Shown: in pieces, positions 48,246 to 61,017 of the stretch
How positions within the stretch are numbered: the stretch's first letter is position 1
Layout of the letters: each line of letters starts with the position of its first letter
Assembly (NCBI RefSeq): GCF_036321535.1
Contig: NC_087436.1
Span: forward strand, 6,076,001-6,140,000
From: Camelus dromedarius
Lineage: Eukaryota
Direction of reading: 5' to 3'
DNA: 64,000 bases
Notes under the pieces: model-generated
What the model saw: only the letters and a program-made list of their open reading frames with translations
What the model was told of the DNA's origin: nothing
Database searches by the model: none
Program-made: the position numbers and the translations under genes

Positions 48246-51200
48246 CTAGTGGCCAAAATCTGTCCTCTGGGATAATTATCAAAATCACTCACCAGCTTTT
48301 CTTTCTTCCTGATGTGTACCATAACTTTACTATTGATTTTCTATGCCATCTTTAAGCTCTGGGGAAAATAATCCTTCTTAGATATGACATATAATTTCTG
48401 ACCATTTAGCCCTAAATATGTATTAATCCTTTTGATCAGTTTTAGTGTTGTTTAATCCTTTTGATCACTAATGGCTTCCATACAGTGTCCATACTTAGCA
48501 ACGAATAACAGTAATAATTAATGACACCTAGGTAGAAGTGAAGTGGAGCTAGGTATGCATAGCTAAATTCTTCCCTGTTATACCCATGAGCTCAGCATCA
48601 GAACATGCCACTTGAATTTAAAAATACTAAACTTCATGTCCTAAATATATTCAAAGAGAGTCTGATAGGAAAAAGAACCTCCGTGGACCCACCAAGGGCA
48701 GCCTAACAATACAGGATCTGTATTTGGGCAAGTCTCTAGATAACAGAATAGGTTCTCACCACGAACCAGGAAATTAAACATTTTCTGGAAGGACTTGAGA
48801 GCTGTATCCATGACAGCCTCCAAGATTAACTGGCAAAGTGGAAGAGTTTGACCAACTCGAAAACAAAACACAAATTTGAGATGTAGAAAAAGAAAAAAAC
48901 TCCCATAAAACAGAAAATAGACAACAGAAAAGGTACTCAAAATTCCTGCAATCAAGTGTAGGGCCACTTGCACTAATAAAACACTTGGGGTCAAGATGGG
49001 TGAGATTTGTTAGAGAAATGATAAAACTTACCACTTGTGTATATTTAACTTCACCCCAGGTGAAATATTTACTTTCTTTGAAAGTCATATGTGCTATCCA
49101 TAATCTCATGAATTTTTGAGTTATTTAGTGAGCACTCAAAATATTCCAGCGTAAACCCTGACATGTCTTAGTCTTCTGTTTCTTCATCTTCCTCCTGTGA
49201 CCACAGATGTCTTTTTGCAATAATCACAAATACATATCAATTCTCTATCTATGAAACTCAAAAGGGATCCAAAGCTGAATAAACTATGTTTTCCTTTTCA
49301 CTGTTGCTCAGCCAGGTTTACACATTAAGGTATTCTACTATTTCCACATAAATCAATGCTTTTCATCTCTTTGTGATAGCAATAGCATTATTAAATGAAT
49401 TAAGACATGTTGAGCCAATCTCGAAGTTTGATAATTGGACATTATTTCTGTAAGAAACCAACACAAACTACTGAATCATGTTTTGCAGGGCCCTGAGATT
49501 TTAATAGAAGTGACTTCATGAAAATATAATACCAGGTTAGCGATGCTTTAGGCTTTTTCCTGAGGCAATTGAAAATGAGAACATTTATTTTTATTCTCTC
49601 CATTGGGTCCAGAACAGCTTTAGGTAAACAGCTGTAGCTTCGTACTCTCTCTTACTTTGACAAGGGGCAGACGGTGACTACTTACCTCCCCAGCAAACCA
49701 CATTTGAAGAGCAAGTAATGAGGTGATGAAGGTTTGAATCATAACCACCTTCTGTCAAGTAGAACCCACCTGACGTGCTCTGAGGAGCCCAAAGTTGGGT
49801 GGGAAAGGGAAGGGTACCTTGGGGGACAACTAAGCAAACAATAATTTGTAACCAGCACAACCACCTGGAAAGAGCAAATGTAATCAGATATCCTTCCAGA
49901 AATGAAAAACATAAAGCAAAACATTCTTTTTTTTTTCTAAAAGAGAAGGGCATTTGAAAATAGTGTATTCAACTTTTACTTTCATTACTTATTTCGAGCG
50001 TTTTTTGAATCAATGATGATGATCTGTGACCCCCTTCAAATGGTTCTTATGAGGCTCAAGTGAAATAAAATGTTAACATGGCTTATGATCAAGTACTGTG
50101 CAAACACTAAATTAATGTTATGAAGTTGTAAACATGATAGTAGAAGCTTTTTTGCCAGTGTAATGAGCATAGTGAGCAGTCGATGTGTTTTTAAATGATT
50201 TGGTGGCAAAAGGGCCCGACTGGGATCCTTTCCCGAAAGTCTTTCTGTTCTTTGCTTTTGGAAGATGAATTATGCTCTGTGTTGTTCATCATAACCAGCT
50301 AGAAATATTTCCACTTGACTATCCCTGCGTCTGTGCTTATATTGTTTGCTCTGTTTGTATTTGGGTTCCCAAGCCCTGCAAAAGCTTCTCAAAATCAAGA
50401 AACATTGGTTTCTGCATCATTTGCTGGCACAGTAGGCATGAAATCAATTCACATTCTGTCAGTGAAAGCTGCGGCACAACAGACTTCTTTAATCATATGT
50501 CTTTATTCCAGAATCTAAACAGTGTAGCAAAATATAACTAAGCTGTAAATGAGTGTCCTCTGATCCAGCCCTGATGGATTCGTGGTTCCTCTCTGTGCAG
50601 CCTTGATTCAGAGGGGAAGAGAATGCATGTTGTTTCGAACAGCAATGTGTCTCCCTTCCAAAAAGACCCTCTTGTAGTATTAGAGCTGGCTCTTGGTAAT
50701 AGACCATTTTTAAACCAATGTATTATTATGCCATTTATATAACTAACACCCACTCCAATAACGTTCCATAACTTTAGCTAATAGTCAAGGAAGCAGGACA
50801 GATGGTTCTGTTTCCTCCTAACTCTGCCCCGACTCTAGTGGCCTATTTATGATACAGACTGTGTCTCGATAGCTTTTCAGAGAACTCATGAGGCTCTGGC
50901 CCCTTCAGTCCACAGTGACTTGCCTTCAGTTCTCACCATCACATTCAACAGCTCATCACATCATAGCTCATTTGACACTGATTATTTATCAATACACATT
51001 ATGCATGCAAATTTAATATAAAATATAATAAATCTATCATGGATACTAGTAATAGTCTGATTCTCCAAATAGTTTCTTTTTTTTTTTTTTTTTTTTCAGT
51101 TTCTTCTTATTTAAGTAATGGATTCTGGGACCTATGGCAATTACCTTTACATAGGAGAGTGTCAGCAAACATTTGTTAATAAAATTCATGATGCTGACAG

Positions 51201-52777
51201 TATGTTTAAAAACAAAAGGGAAGTATACTAATTTAATCAAAACAAAACAAACAGAAAAATCAGAGTGATCTGGTCCATCCATGTCCAACATAAATTTAAA
51301 ATAAACGTAAAAATGTCATATGCGCATTTCAGCATCCTTGGGAGTTCTGTTATTAATTTTATTTTTCCTTAATTATTAATAAAAAGACACATAATGTCAC
51401 TCTACCTACAACTCTTTTAGAAGACTACGTATTTTTGACCTTTCTACCTTGAGTAAATATTAACCAAAAGAATTTAAATCAAAGACAAAAATGCTTATCA
51501 ATTTATACTGAAGTTTATTTCCCTTTTGGAATGTGAACTCAAATACTGGTTGCTATAATCCTTCTGTTCTGTTACTATCAGTATTTTTAGTGTCTGAGGA
51601 GTAACAACTGCTTTATTTCTTTTTCTGTTCCCTCTGTTTCCCCTAGAGTCGCAAACACAATAGATTAGAAAGTCGATCCTGCCAGATTGCCCTCAAGCAA
51701 AGGAGTCTGTGAGCAGACAAGCCCTCATGGAAAGGCCTCATGGCCTGGAAGGTCCCTGCTGACACCTGTCTTCCACAAACAGCCATGCATCAGGTCACAG
51801 ACCCCAGTCCTGTGTTACCATGTTTAAATTTTACCATTACAGATTAATTTATTTAGCTTATCCATTGCTTTTTCCAGGAAAATAAATTAAGGTGTGCAGT
51901 TATTTCTTCTGTTTTCTCAGTGTTAACTTTCCTCAGACAAGTGAATTTACCCTTAACTGTTGCACTGCAGACCTGCACACCTGACTTTGGTTACAGAGTA
52001 AAGCTTCCAAATGTCCATTGATGAAATGTTATCAGAACCCAGCCAAACAAGTTCCCATGAATCAGAGCTCGTCACAAACCTTGGAATCTATACAGACTCA
52101 ATTATTTTCAGGGCTCAAGCTGAGCCCTGAGAAACTCACTTTATTGGCCTCAACAGAATTCCTTTCCCATAAGTTATGTGTTTTAAGTAGGCTCTGGATT
52201 TTATCAGGAAAAAAATATACCAACAAGTGCCCATCAGAACTGATACTTACATTTGTTGGAAAAATTTCGATGATTTCTCTAGGTTTCCTTCACATGAAGT
52301 CCCATTAAAAATCAAACCAAACCAAAACACATTATTCTTAGAATAAATACTAGGCAAGATTTTGTTTCCCTTGAAGAATGATGTGAATGTTATCCAAGGA
52401 CACGGAGCACTATGTAAACAGTCATTTTTTTTCTTACTGCTTTAAAACTTCCTGGGTAATCAAAGCCAAATTCTCAGGGCAGCAATAATATCTGTATGAA
52501 GCCTTGTGTATCTAATAAAAATAAGTTCCATTTTTCTTCCATGTCATCTTGACAGTCACTTCTACTTTATATTTGCTGTGATTTTTTTCCACTGCACGTG
52601 TGACCAGTCACCTCATAGTCTCTGTAGAAGAGGTAGTACACACTTTAAAAACAGACAAAATAGAATTATTCCTTCCTTAATAGGGATGATGTGGCTAGAT
52701 TTTTTTTTTTTTTCTCATCAGGATTAGGCCCATGAAGAAATCAGGAGGCAGAGAAGTGGTGAATGCAGGAAAGGAAC

Positions 52778-53325
52778 CTGGAGAAGACAGCTTCCATCGT
52801 GACCCCCAGTGGTACCCCCCACCTCCTGGCCTTATACCCTGCGTAACATCCCCTGCATTGGTGTCCTGGGACCTATGACTTGCTTCTAACCAGCAGAATG
52901 TGTCAAAGATGGCGGGGTATGGGTCTGTGACTAGGTTATGTCAGACAGTGATTCGGCCTTGCTGGTAGGCTCTCTTACTGGTCTGATGTGGCCAGTGGCC
53001 ATATTAGCAAGGACCTGAGGGTGGTCTCCAGCTAACAGCTGTCAGGAATCCAGGCCCTCAGTCTCACCATCTTCTAGAATCTGAATCTTATCAACTGTCA
53101 AAAAAGTAAACTTGGCAGCAGATCCTTCCCCAGTCCGGGCTTCAGATGAGACTTTAACATGGGTCAACATCTTGACCATGGCCTCCTGAGACCCCCTGTG
53201 ACAGAGGACTCAGCTAAGCATGCCCAGATCACTAACCCACAGAAACTGTGACATGATAAATGCGGGTTGCTTTTAGCCAATAAGGTTAATGAAAATTTGG
53301 TATACTGCAATAGATAACTAGTCCA
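52778..53325 (+). mobile_element. MLT1F-like MaLR solo LTR
   Basis: CCACCTCCTGG...GACCTATGACTTGCTTCTAACCAGCAGAATG...CCCACAGAAACTGTGACATGATAAATG...GCAATAGATAACTA. Confidence 0.8.
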
Positions 53326-56300
53326 GAGAAACACTTGCATAGTTCACTTATTTTGTAACTTAACCTGGAACCCATCCTGCCTCGTGGTTATGTTCACGCA
53401 TTTGGAAGTGTGCTCAGCTGGCTCCCCGGTGGATAACTTACTGTTGTCTTTGTTTTTTCCTATCACTCAGCTAGGCACTAAAAATTATTATTGTATCCAT
53501 TTCCTTATATAAATCATAGTAAGACTGCTCCTTTTCTAACCATTTGTAAGACCGTGTCTTTGAGTGGACTGCCGTTTTAAAAATGATGTTTGTAAATAAG
53601 CTATCTTCCAGATGTCAGTGGGACCTCCACGTGCCAGGAGAAAAAGAAGGTAACAGCCATCACCTGACCAGTCGTCAGTGACCCGAAGGACAAAGCGTGA
53701 GCGATTATGAAATGTATCGAAGACATGCTTCTTATCCTCTGTTTCCAGAGACCTTCCATAAAGCAAATCAGAAAGGTTTTCCAGTTTCTTTTGAATGAAG
53801 AAACTCTCCTATGCAAATAATTATATTTTTTAATGATTAATAAAATCTTTGAGTCCTAATTCCATCACTGGAATTTTCTTTAACGTTGCAGCATCACTGA
53901 AGAACGCGTTGTTAAACCCTCGAAGATTAGTTATTTTATTATCCAATGCTGTTTATCCTATATAATACACTGCCCAAAAATGTTTCCATAATTTTTTTTT
54001 CCCAGAAGTAGCCAAAACTTCTTAAATGCTGTTCTTTCCAGTGAGCCTCCGGTGTGTCACAGGAATCCTACTTTTTAACTAGTTCCTACTATTTTACCAC
54101 TTCTTTCTGACTCTTCCAGTCCTTTTATATCAGACCTCAGATTGCAATGCAGTTAAAATTAATGACTCAGCCAAATGTGCTGGGAGCTTGACTCTGTGTT
54201 CTTTGCTCTCCTTTTCAGCCTCTGTGGGGGACTTGACAACTTCTGTGCTCTAGAAATTTCTAATTGAGCATGAAGAAGGCTGGTAAATCACTGTACTGGA
54301 GCAGCAGCCATCCAGTGTTTTCTCTGCCTGAGATCCTAAAGTACACACTCTTCATCTGAAATCTCAGCATCGTTCAAGGCACATGTGTTGCTATTTGGAA
54401 TGAGTTTGTACGAATCCCATGTGCTCCATTTCAGAGTTTACATCACTTTCCGTCTCTTTATGTAGGTCAGTGACACCCTAGAAGATTGTACAATGAGTAA
54501 ACACACTCTAGATATAGGACTTGCAGGATTTTAGTACCTGCACCTGCTGGTCATATAATTGAGATTATCCACATTGAAGTGGAAGCTAGTTTCCAAATTA
54601 TGTTTCCTTTTACAGTCGCACACTTCCTGTGCATTGATAGCTCTGTCGCTGGTGGGGCAGCTAGCAATTTCTGCTACGTATTACTTACATCCTGCTACTT
54701 TCACGAAAGCTTTGAATTGGCTTAAAGGCTATTATGCAACCAAGTAATACTCAAATAGAAACAGACACATTGGACATGTGGAATATACGAACTTAACCCT
54801 GATGGAGACCATCCTTGGAGGTCTATCCGGCCTCCATCCTCCCATTACTCGCTCCCATTACTCTCTGTTAACAGCACCTGTGAGCTTCTTTCTGAGCACT
54901 TTTTAAAACTGGTAATTACCTTAGTTTCTTATTTGGTTAATTTTCTATCTTCTGCCTTCAACACAAGCTCCATGAGGACAGGAACTCTGTGTGGGCGCGC
55001 GTGCATGCGTGTGTGTGAGATTTTAATGGAACACGGTCACTCACGAAATGTGCCATAATGGGCTGGCAGGGAATAATAACAGAAGCTCAGTACCGATGTT
55101 ATTAAATGTTTAAATCCTGGAATGGGAGAAGAGAAGTCTGTCACGTAGGTAACTGCCAGTGCCAACTACAATGATGGCCCCTGGTCGCCGAGTCTCCTGC
55201 AGGAGTTTCCATTGAATTATGCGTCTTCAAAAGCACGTTCTCAGCATCTGGAAAAGAAGCCACGTGGGCAGGACCCAGTGGCAGTGGAGGTGCTCCTGGA
55301 GACATCATGATAGAGCCTGCCATCAGCCACCACCACCGCTGGGCATCAGAACCAGGTGTGCCTGGGGCTCCGACTCTGGCTCCAAACCTTCATAAAATCA
55401 TAGCTGGCGTCCCCCAGGTTAGTAGTGGAAGGTGAGTAGTGGAAGCTGGGGCACCACGTGGAAGTAGTGAGTTTTCCCAACACCGATGAGATTTTCAGAT
55501 CCACTTACTCCCCCTCTTCCCACTGCAAACCTTGACGATTACAATATTTAAGAAGGAATCAGATTTCATAGCTGCGACTCTCGGTGGCCTATGAAGTCAA
55601 GAGGCTCTGAAGGATAAAGAAAATGAATGATTTATGTTTTTTTGCATCATCTCAAAGTTTATGTCTTCCCCTATCGTTCAGCCCCAGTGAGAGTCTGAAT
55701 TTGAAATCCAAGTTAGAGCCAAAAAAAAAAAAAAAAAAAACCCAAAAAACAGTGAGCAAGGCTAAATGTTGTCCTTATTATCATTTGTACCCGACTCTAT
55801 ATCCGTCTGTGAAGCCTAGAAAATACACCTGTCAGAGATCAAAAGAATTAGAGCAACAGAAATGCTAAATCAAATAACAGAAGGTCAGGACAGAGAGCAG
55901 GTGAAAGCAACTCGCAATGTTATATCCTTTCTACGGCTGCAAAGCAAACATGTCTCTAAACTTCCTATCAGCCAAAAGAAAACTAGATTGTTGAGAAATA
56001 AAAATAATTTATAAGAAAAAAATGCCTTGCAAATGCTCCATTTTATGTGAAATATTCAGGGCACAGGACAAGAAAAAAAAATAAATCTTACCCACGGCTT
56101 GATTTACTGACTTTCATCTGCTTACACTAATCCTATTTTTCACCTAATTATTCAATATAAAACCAAAGTAAATTGACTATTCCTGCACAATTTTGACTTA
56201 CATAAAAGCAATATACACTAACAATGTTTCTCATATTGAACTCTACCAAATAACCGTACCAAACAATGCTTTGTATTGCTGACGGAAGTTTTTGAATGAG

Positions 56301-56889
56301 TGATTTCATCATGCTGACCTTTGAGATCCACAAAATTCGATGAAGCACCGAAAAAGTCCACTATCATGTTATCCCAAGACAGTCAATGACTTAAATAATC
56401 AGAAGAGGTCCAGCTGTACCTTTCCTTGTGATTAACGAGTGGACAGAAATGAGACTTTTTCTTCAAAGTTTTTCAGTCAGTGAAAGCTAAAAAAGGTTTG
56501 CTTCTTTTTTTATAACTGCAATAAAAATTGTGTGTGTAATCCATCTAGTTAAATCACCAGACAATATTAGGTCCTTCTCAAAATGAGTAGATGGGGGAAA
56601 TTTCAGAATTTAAAAATTAGATTAAATTAAAAAAAAAACCATAAATGTGAAGAAATTAGTTTAACTGAATGACAGTTAAAGTGTGAGCGCAGGGCAGGCG
56701 TGAAAGGACGGCAGTATGAACTGCCCACCCAAATGCTGACTCAGCTGGTTAACCGTTCCCACAGTGAATGTCGCTGCTCCGACTCTGATGCAAGCCCTTG
56801 ACCTTGAGGGTCAGCACAAGTCCTCCTGGGGTTTCCTCAGACCAGGAGAGGAGGGCGGAGCTGTGATGAAGGACATCATCTCTGGGGCC

Positions 56890-57080
56890 ACAGTGTCTGG
56901 GTTTGTACTCTGGCTTCTCCATCAGTTAGCTGTGTTACCTTGGATAATTTAACCAGTCTCTCTGTTCCTTGGTTTACTCGTTTGTAAGATGAGGGTAACC
57001 GTAGTACTTTATAAAGCTGTGCAAGAAGTCAGCACTGATAAAGCATGTAGAACAAGGACTAGTTCAGTAGGTGTGATGAT
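56890..57080 (+). mobile_element. MIR SINE relic
   Basis: CTGGGTTTGTACTCTGGCT...TAGCTGTGTTACCTTGGATAA...TTTAACC...TGTAAGATGAGGGTAA. Confidence 0.75.
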
Positions 57081-57384
57081 TATTTCTATTGTTTGCCTTT
57101 TCTCTCAGCTCATGTGTATTACCTATTCTCAACGGGGCTGAAACTCTTACGTGTATCATATAAATAAATCTTAAAATGTTTGTACCCCCTCAGTATAAAG
57201 TGGCATAATAAAAACTCCCTGAATTGTACAAATACAATATTGCATATTATGGCTCAGTATGAGTTTTACTTGGAGAAATAGTATTAGAATAGTGGTAAAA
57301 AATGATGTCTAACTAGTGACCTATCGCATGAATACACGCATTGTTACTCATCTTTCTCTGAGTCAATTTTGTAGAGAATCTCAC

Positions 57385-57410
57385 CACACGACACACACAC
57401 ACACACACAC
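57385..57410. repeat. (CA)n microsatellite
   Basis: Directly visible. Confidence 0.9.
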
Positions 57411-57667
57411 TCGCTCACAGCATCTTTGAGGCCACCTTGGTAAAGGGAGAAACAAGTCTTTGCATGACAATTGGTTCTGCTTTTATACTGTGATGATTCC
57501 ATTCAATACCTGATAGCTTCAGTCTGAACACAGAAGATGCACAAGCTACTACGCTAGAATTTGAAATCATAGAATCTTAGTTTCACTTGGCAAAATCCGA
57601 TTAGATTGACATTTGCAAAATTGTAGAAGTTGTTTGTTTAAGGCAATTTTATCTAAAAATTGATGCG

Positions 57668-57800
57668 GGTGGGGGGAGGGTATAGCTCAAGAGGCAGAAC
57701 GCATGGTTAGCATGCACGGGTTCAACCTGGGTTCAACCCCCAGTGCCTCCTCTAAAACTAAATACCTAAACCTGGTTGCCCCCCCAAAAACTAAATAAAT
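57668..57800 (+). mobile_element. Camelid tRNA-derived SINE (Vic-1 type, long form)
   Basis: GGGGGGAGGGTATAGCTCAAGAGGCAGAACGCATGGTTAGCATGCACG...GGGTTCAACCCCCAGTGCCTCC; TSD AAAAAT(T/A)GATG(C/T)G. Confidence 0.9.
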
Positions 57801-59689
57801 AAAAATAGATGTGACTGACGATTAAATCTCTCTTGTATATTTCAGTAAATTTGTCGTATCCAGTGTTCACATATCCAAATTCTCTGGGGACACAAGCACC
57901 GGAGAATAAGTAGACCTGAAACACTTCTACTTTGCTCAAGCGCCTCGAAACTCCGTCTTCCTTTCTTCAAGTAATAGGTTGCTGTTTTAGAAAGTTAAAA
58001 CAAGTACACTAACTTTGAAGATTGCTCTTCCAAGCCCCAAATGTCTCAGCCCCACAAAAGATAACGTTGATCAACAGCGTTTGCCTGCCTGGCAAAATTA
58101 TTTCAACAGTCAGTTTCTATGTACCAGGGGAAAAGAACAAATCCAGCCAACAGTCACTGAGTGGACAGCCCAGAAAATGCTTTCCTCTTGGAAATGTCCC
58201 CCCATTTACATAGACACAGAACTATAAAATTGTTCGGAACATTACAAATAAACTCTTGGAAAATCTGGCTCTTTAAAGACGAAATGTGCTATTTTAATTA
58301 AGGTCCCTATTTATCTATAGTAACCCTTTAGATGCGTTCAGTGAGCATGATCCTTGATTAAACAGTATAAAGAGGTAGAAAACATTTCCAGAAAACTGAG
58401 AACAGAAGCCTACATTTACAAAAGAGATAAATAAGGATTACTGTTTTGTTTTTTTTTTTAATTTTGAAAGCAGATTTCCCAAGTCCTTTTATTCAACAGT
58501 AACCGTTGGGTGCGTAGGAGATTGTTTGCTTCCCAGACAGAAAAACCTCAAAGTTACATGTTAGAAATCTCTGACAAATAACTAGGCCAATGTATCTCTG
58601 AAATTTTCATTTAAATCAAATAAAAGATATGATTCTACTTAGAAAAAAAAAAAAGCAATTGACAGACATCATTTGCAGATTAAAGCTATTACTCCAAGCA
58701 AGGATTCACGTAGACAAATTCCTTCCTACTCTTTTTTTCTTTGTAAATTTGAAACCTATTCTGGAAAATCTAGCAGCACATTTTTTTTTTCCAATAGTGC
58801 CCAGCAATGTCTTAAATTTTAAGTAATAGGTGAATAAAAAGGCCAAATATATATACAGTCTAAACACTAGTGACAGGAACTGATATTTCTCCCTAAAAGG
58901 GCGAGTCTTTTCATCAGATTCGTTTCTGTTCCCGAACAAAACGCTCTCTCCATAATTCTCTCAAGCATATGCTGTACTAACAGACAAACGCCTTGATACT
59001 AAAAATACATCTAGAAACTGAAAAATTTTTGAATTTTCAGGATGATACAGTAGAACATATTAGTCACAAAAATGACTTGTTCTTTGGGGAGGGAAAAAGC
59101 AAAATGGGAAAGAAAGCATTTTTGCTAAGATATATGATCTCATCTTGTTTTATGTGGGGAATTACAAAAAAAAAATCATCTGTAACAATAGAAACTCAAG
59201 TCGCTGTCACTATCGGCGACCTGCTCTTTCTGGAGCAAAAGAATTAGGTCTTTGAACTATTCACCAGGAGGAAAAGGCAAAAGGAGGGGAGTTTTAGTTA
59301 TCTAAGTCTCATACATGGACTTCTATTATTACAACAAAAATTATCAGAGGAAAGAGCTCAAAATGTAAAAGCTATGTGGTTGCAAAGCTATGATTACAAC
59401 TCAGTTCACTCGATACTCTCATTTTCTTAGACCCTGAAAAATCCATTTCGTATAGTTGGTCATTTGCCCCCCCCCAAAAAAAAATAAGGGAGGGGGAGGA
59501 ATTCTTCTCATTGTCAACTTGAAAAATTGTTACAGCCCCTAGAATTCATCCTATAGAAGCAGAGACTGTCCACGTCCTCTGCTGTTTTCAGGATACGCTG
59601 AAACGGTCCTTCCCTTTTCCCTTGACTTCAGTACTGGAAGGAGAAATGCCTTTTCCCCATAACCGCTGCTTTGCATCCTAATTCTCCCC

Positions 59690-60140
59690 TGCCCCCGCCT
59701 CCTCCTCTCTTCCTCGGGGAATGTGATTAATGGAGCGGGGGCGGGAAGCGGGGAGGCAAGGAAACCGGGAGGCAGGGAGGCAGGGAGAGGATGCGCTCCC
59801 TTACGGCTCTTTTCTCCCCGGTCCTCGCTCGCCCTCTAGCGGCTCAGAGCCGAGTATTTGGGGGCTCCCAGCCTCTGGAAAGCAAAAAAGCACCATTTTA
59901 TGGTCCCCCGAGAGAGACGGGACTCTTCCTGCCGAGTTATCGCTGAGGTTCTGCCTCAGCCTGAGAAGACGTCGTCCTGTTTCAGCCAAGCGGCTACGCT
60001 TTCTGCCGGACACACTGCAGCGCGCCTGGGTTCTTGTACCGCGCGGCTGACTCTTGACTTCCTCCCGTCTTCCTCCTCCCTCCCTCCCTGTCTCCATCCC
60101 TCTGCCCCTCCCTTTCTTCCTTCCGTCCTTCAAAAGTCAG
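59690..60140. promoter_or_regulatory. GC/CpG-enriched promoter-like element
   Basis: The most CpG-dense unique sequence in the window; GC boxes at 59691-59700 and 59738-59746, ETS core ACTTCCT at 60057-60063, flanking purine/pyrimidine-asymmetric tracts. Confidence 0.6.
59830..59842 (-). promoter_or_regulatory. CTCF-binding motif
   Basis: Minus strand CCGCTAGAGGGCG matches the CTCF core consensus CC(A/G)(C/G)YAG(A/G)(G/T)GGC(A/G). Confidence 0.65.
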
Positions 60141-60861
60141 GTTAGTGGAAGAGGACTTGAGCAAGGCGGAGACTTCAAAACCCATAACGCGTTACAAAAC
60201 TGCTTGTAGGCCTTTCAAACCCAACCCCAGAAAAAAAAATTCCAGTTGGCAAATTGAACCTAGACGTGAGGTTGGACAGAGTCTGAGAATGCAGTGCCCT
60301 GAGGAAAATTTTAAAGACCATGAGTTATTCCTCTATAAGAAACTCCTGTATACATGCTGATTATTTCCATAGAGGTATTCAGGAGACCAAAGGGTAAGTA
60401 CACACGCCACTTCACCAAAAAGACCCAGTTTAAGCCCCTTGTGTGAGTTTTAACAGCATTCCCTTTTGTTCTTAAAGTGAATTGCTTTGTATGATAAATT
60501 AATTATACAATCACCTGGTTCACAACTCACAAATCTCACCATTTCAATGCCCTAAGAGCAAACATCGTGCTCCCCCCTCCCCCAGGGCATTATTAACTAG
60601 TAGCAAAACTAGTTAGAGAAAGAGAAAAGCAGATTCGTAAACTGTCACCAGCCATGGCCGTTTAATTCATTTTTTATTGTTCTCTAGTGAAACTTCATTA
60701 CCCAAACATTCTGCTACATGAAAATAAAGGATCTTAGAATTGACACTTTGATGGTGTGTAACGTAAATTCCTAGCCTATTATAAGCATTATAAACTTTCA
60801 TCTATATAAATAAGCAATAAAGATTTCTGTCCCCACACCATTCCTTGTAGCAGGCATTTTT

Positions 60862-61017
60862 TAAAATAATTTTTTTTTCCTTTTGTTTGTGTTGGAGGGG
60901 ACTGGGTTCGTTTGTTTATTTATTTAGTTAATTTTAATGGACTTACTGAGGATTGAACCCCTGACCTCAGGCATGCTAAGTAAGCACGTGCTCCACCACT
61001 GAGCTACACCCTCCCCG
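60862..61017 (-). mobile_element. Camelid tRNA-derived SINE (Vic-1 type, long form)
   Basis: GGATTGAACCCCTGACCTCAGGCATGCTAAG(TAAG)CACGTGCTCCACCACTGAGCTACACCCTCCCC; TSD GCAGGCAT(T/G)TTT at 60850 and 61021. Confidence 0.9.

Noticed and set aside
48423..48468. Direct repeat TTAATCCTTTTGATCA x2 (similar micro-duplications near 16000, 54840 and 55420)
   Set aside because: Two-copy local duplications typical of slippage or repair; no array structure and no clear motif gain
11510..53818. Several octamer motifs (ATGCAAAT/ATTTGCAT)
   Set aside because: Scattered rather than clustered; a few are expected by chance in 64 kb of AT-rich DNA; no Ig V-gene or snRNA context
13192..61017. tRNA-like A-box/B-box sequences as tRNA genes
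   Set aside because: They have A-rich tails and mostly TSDs, and have diverged from each other: tRNA-derived SINEs, not tRNAs
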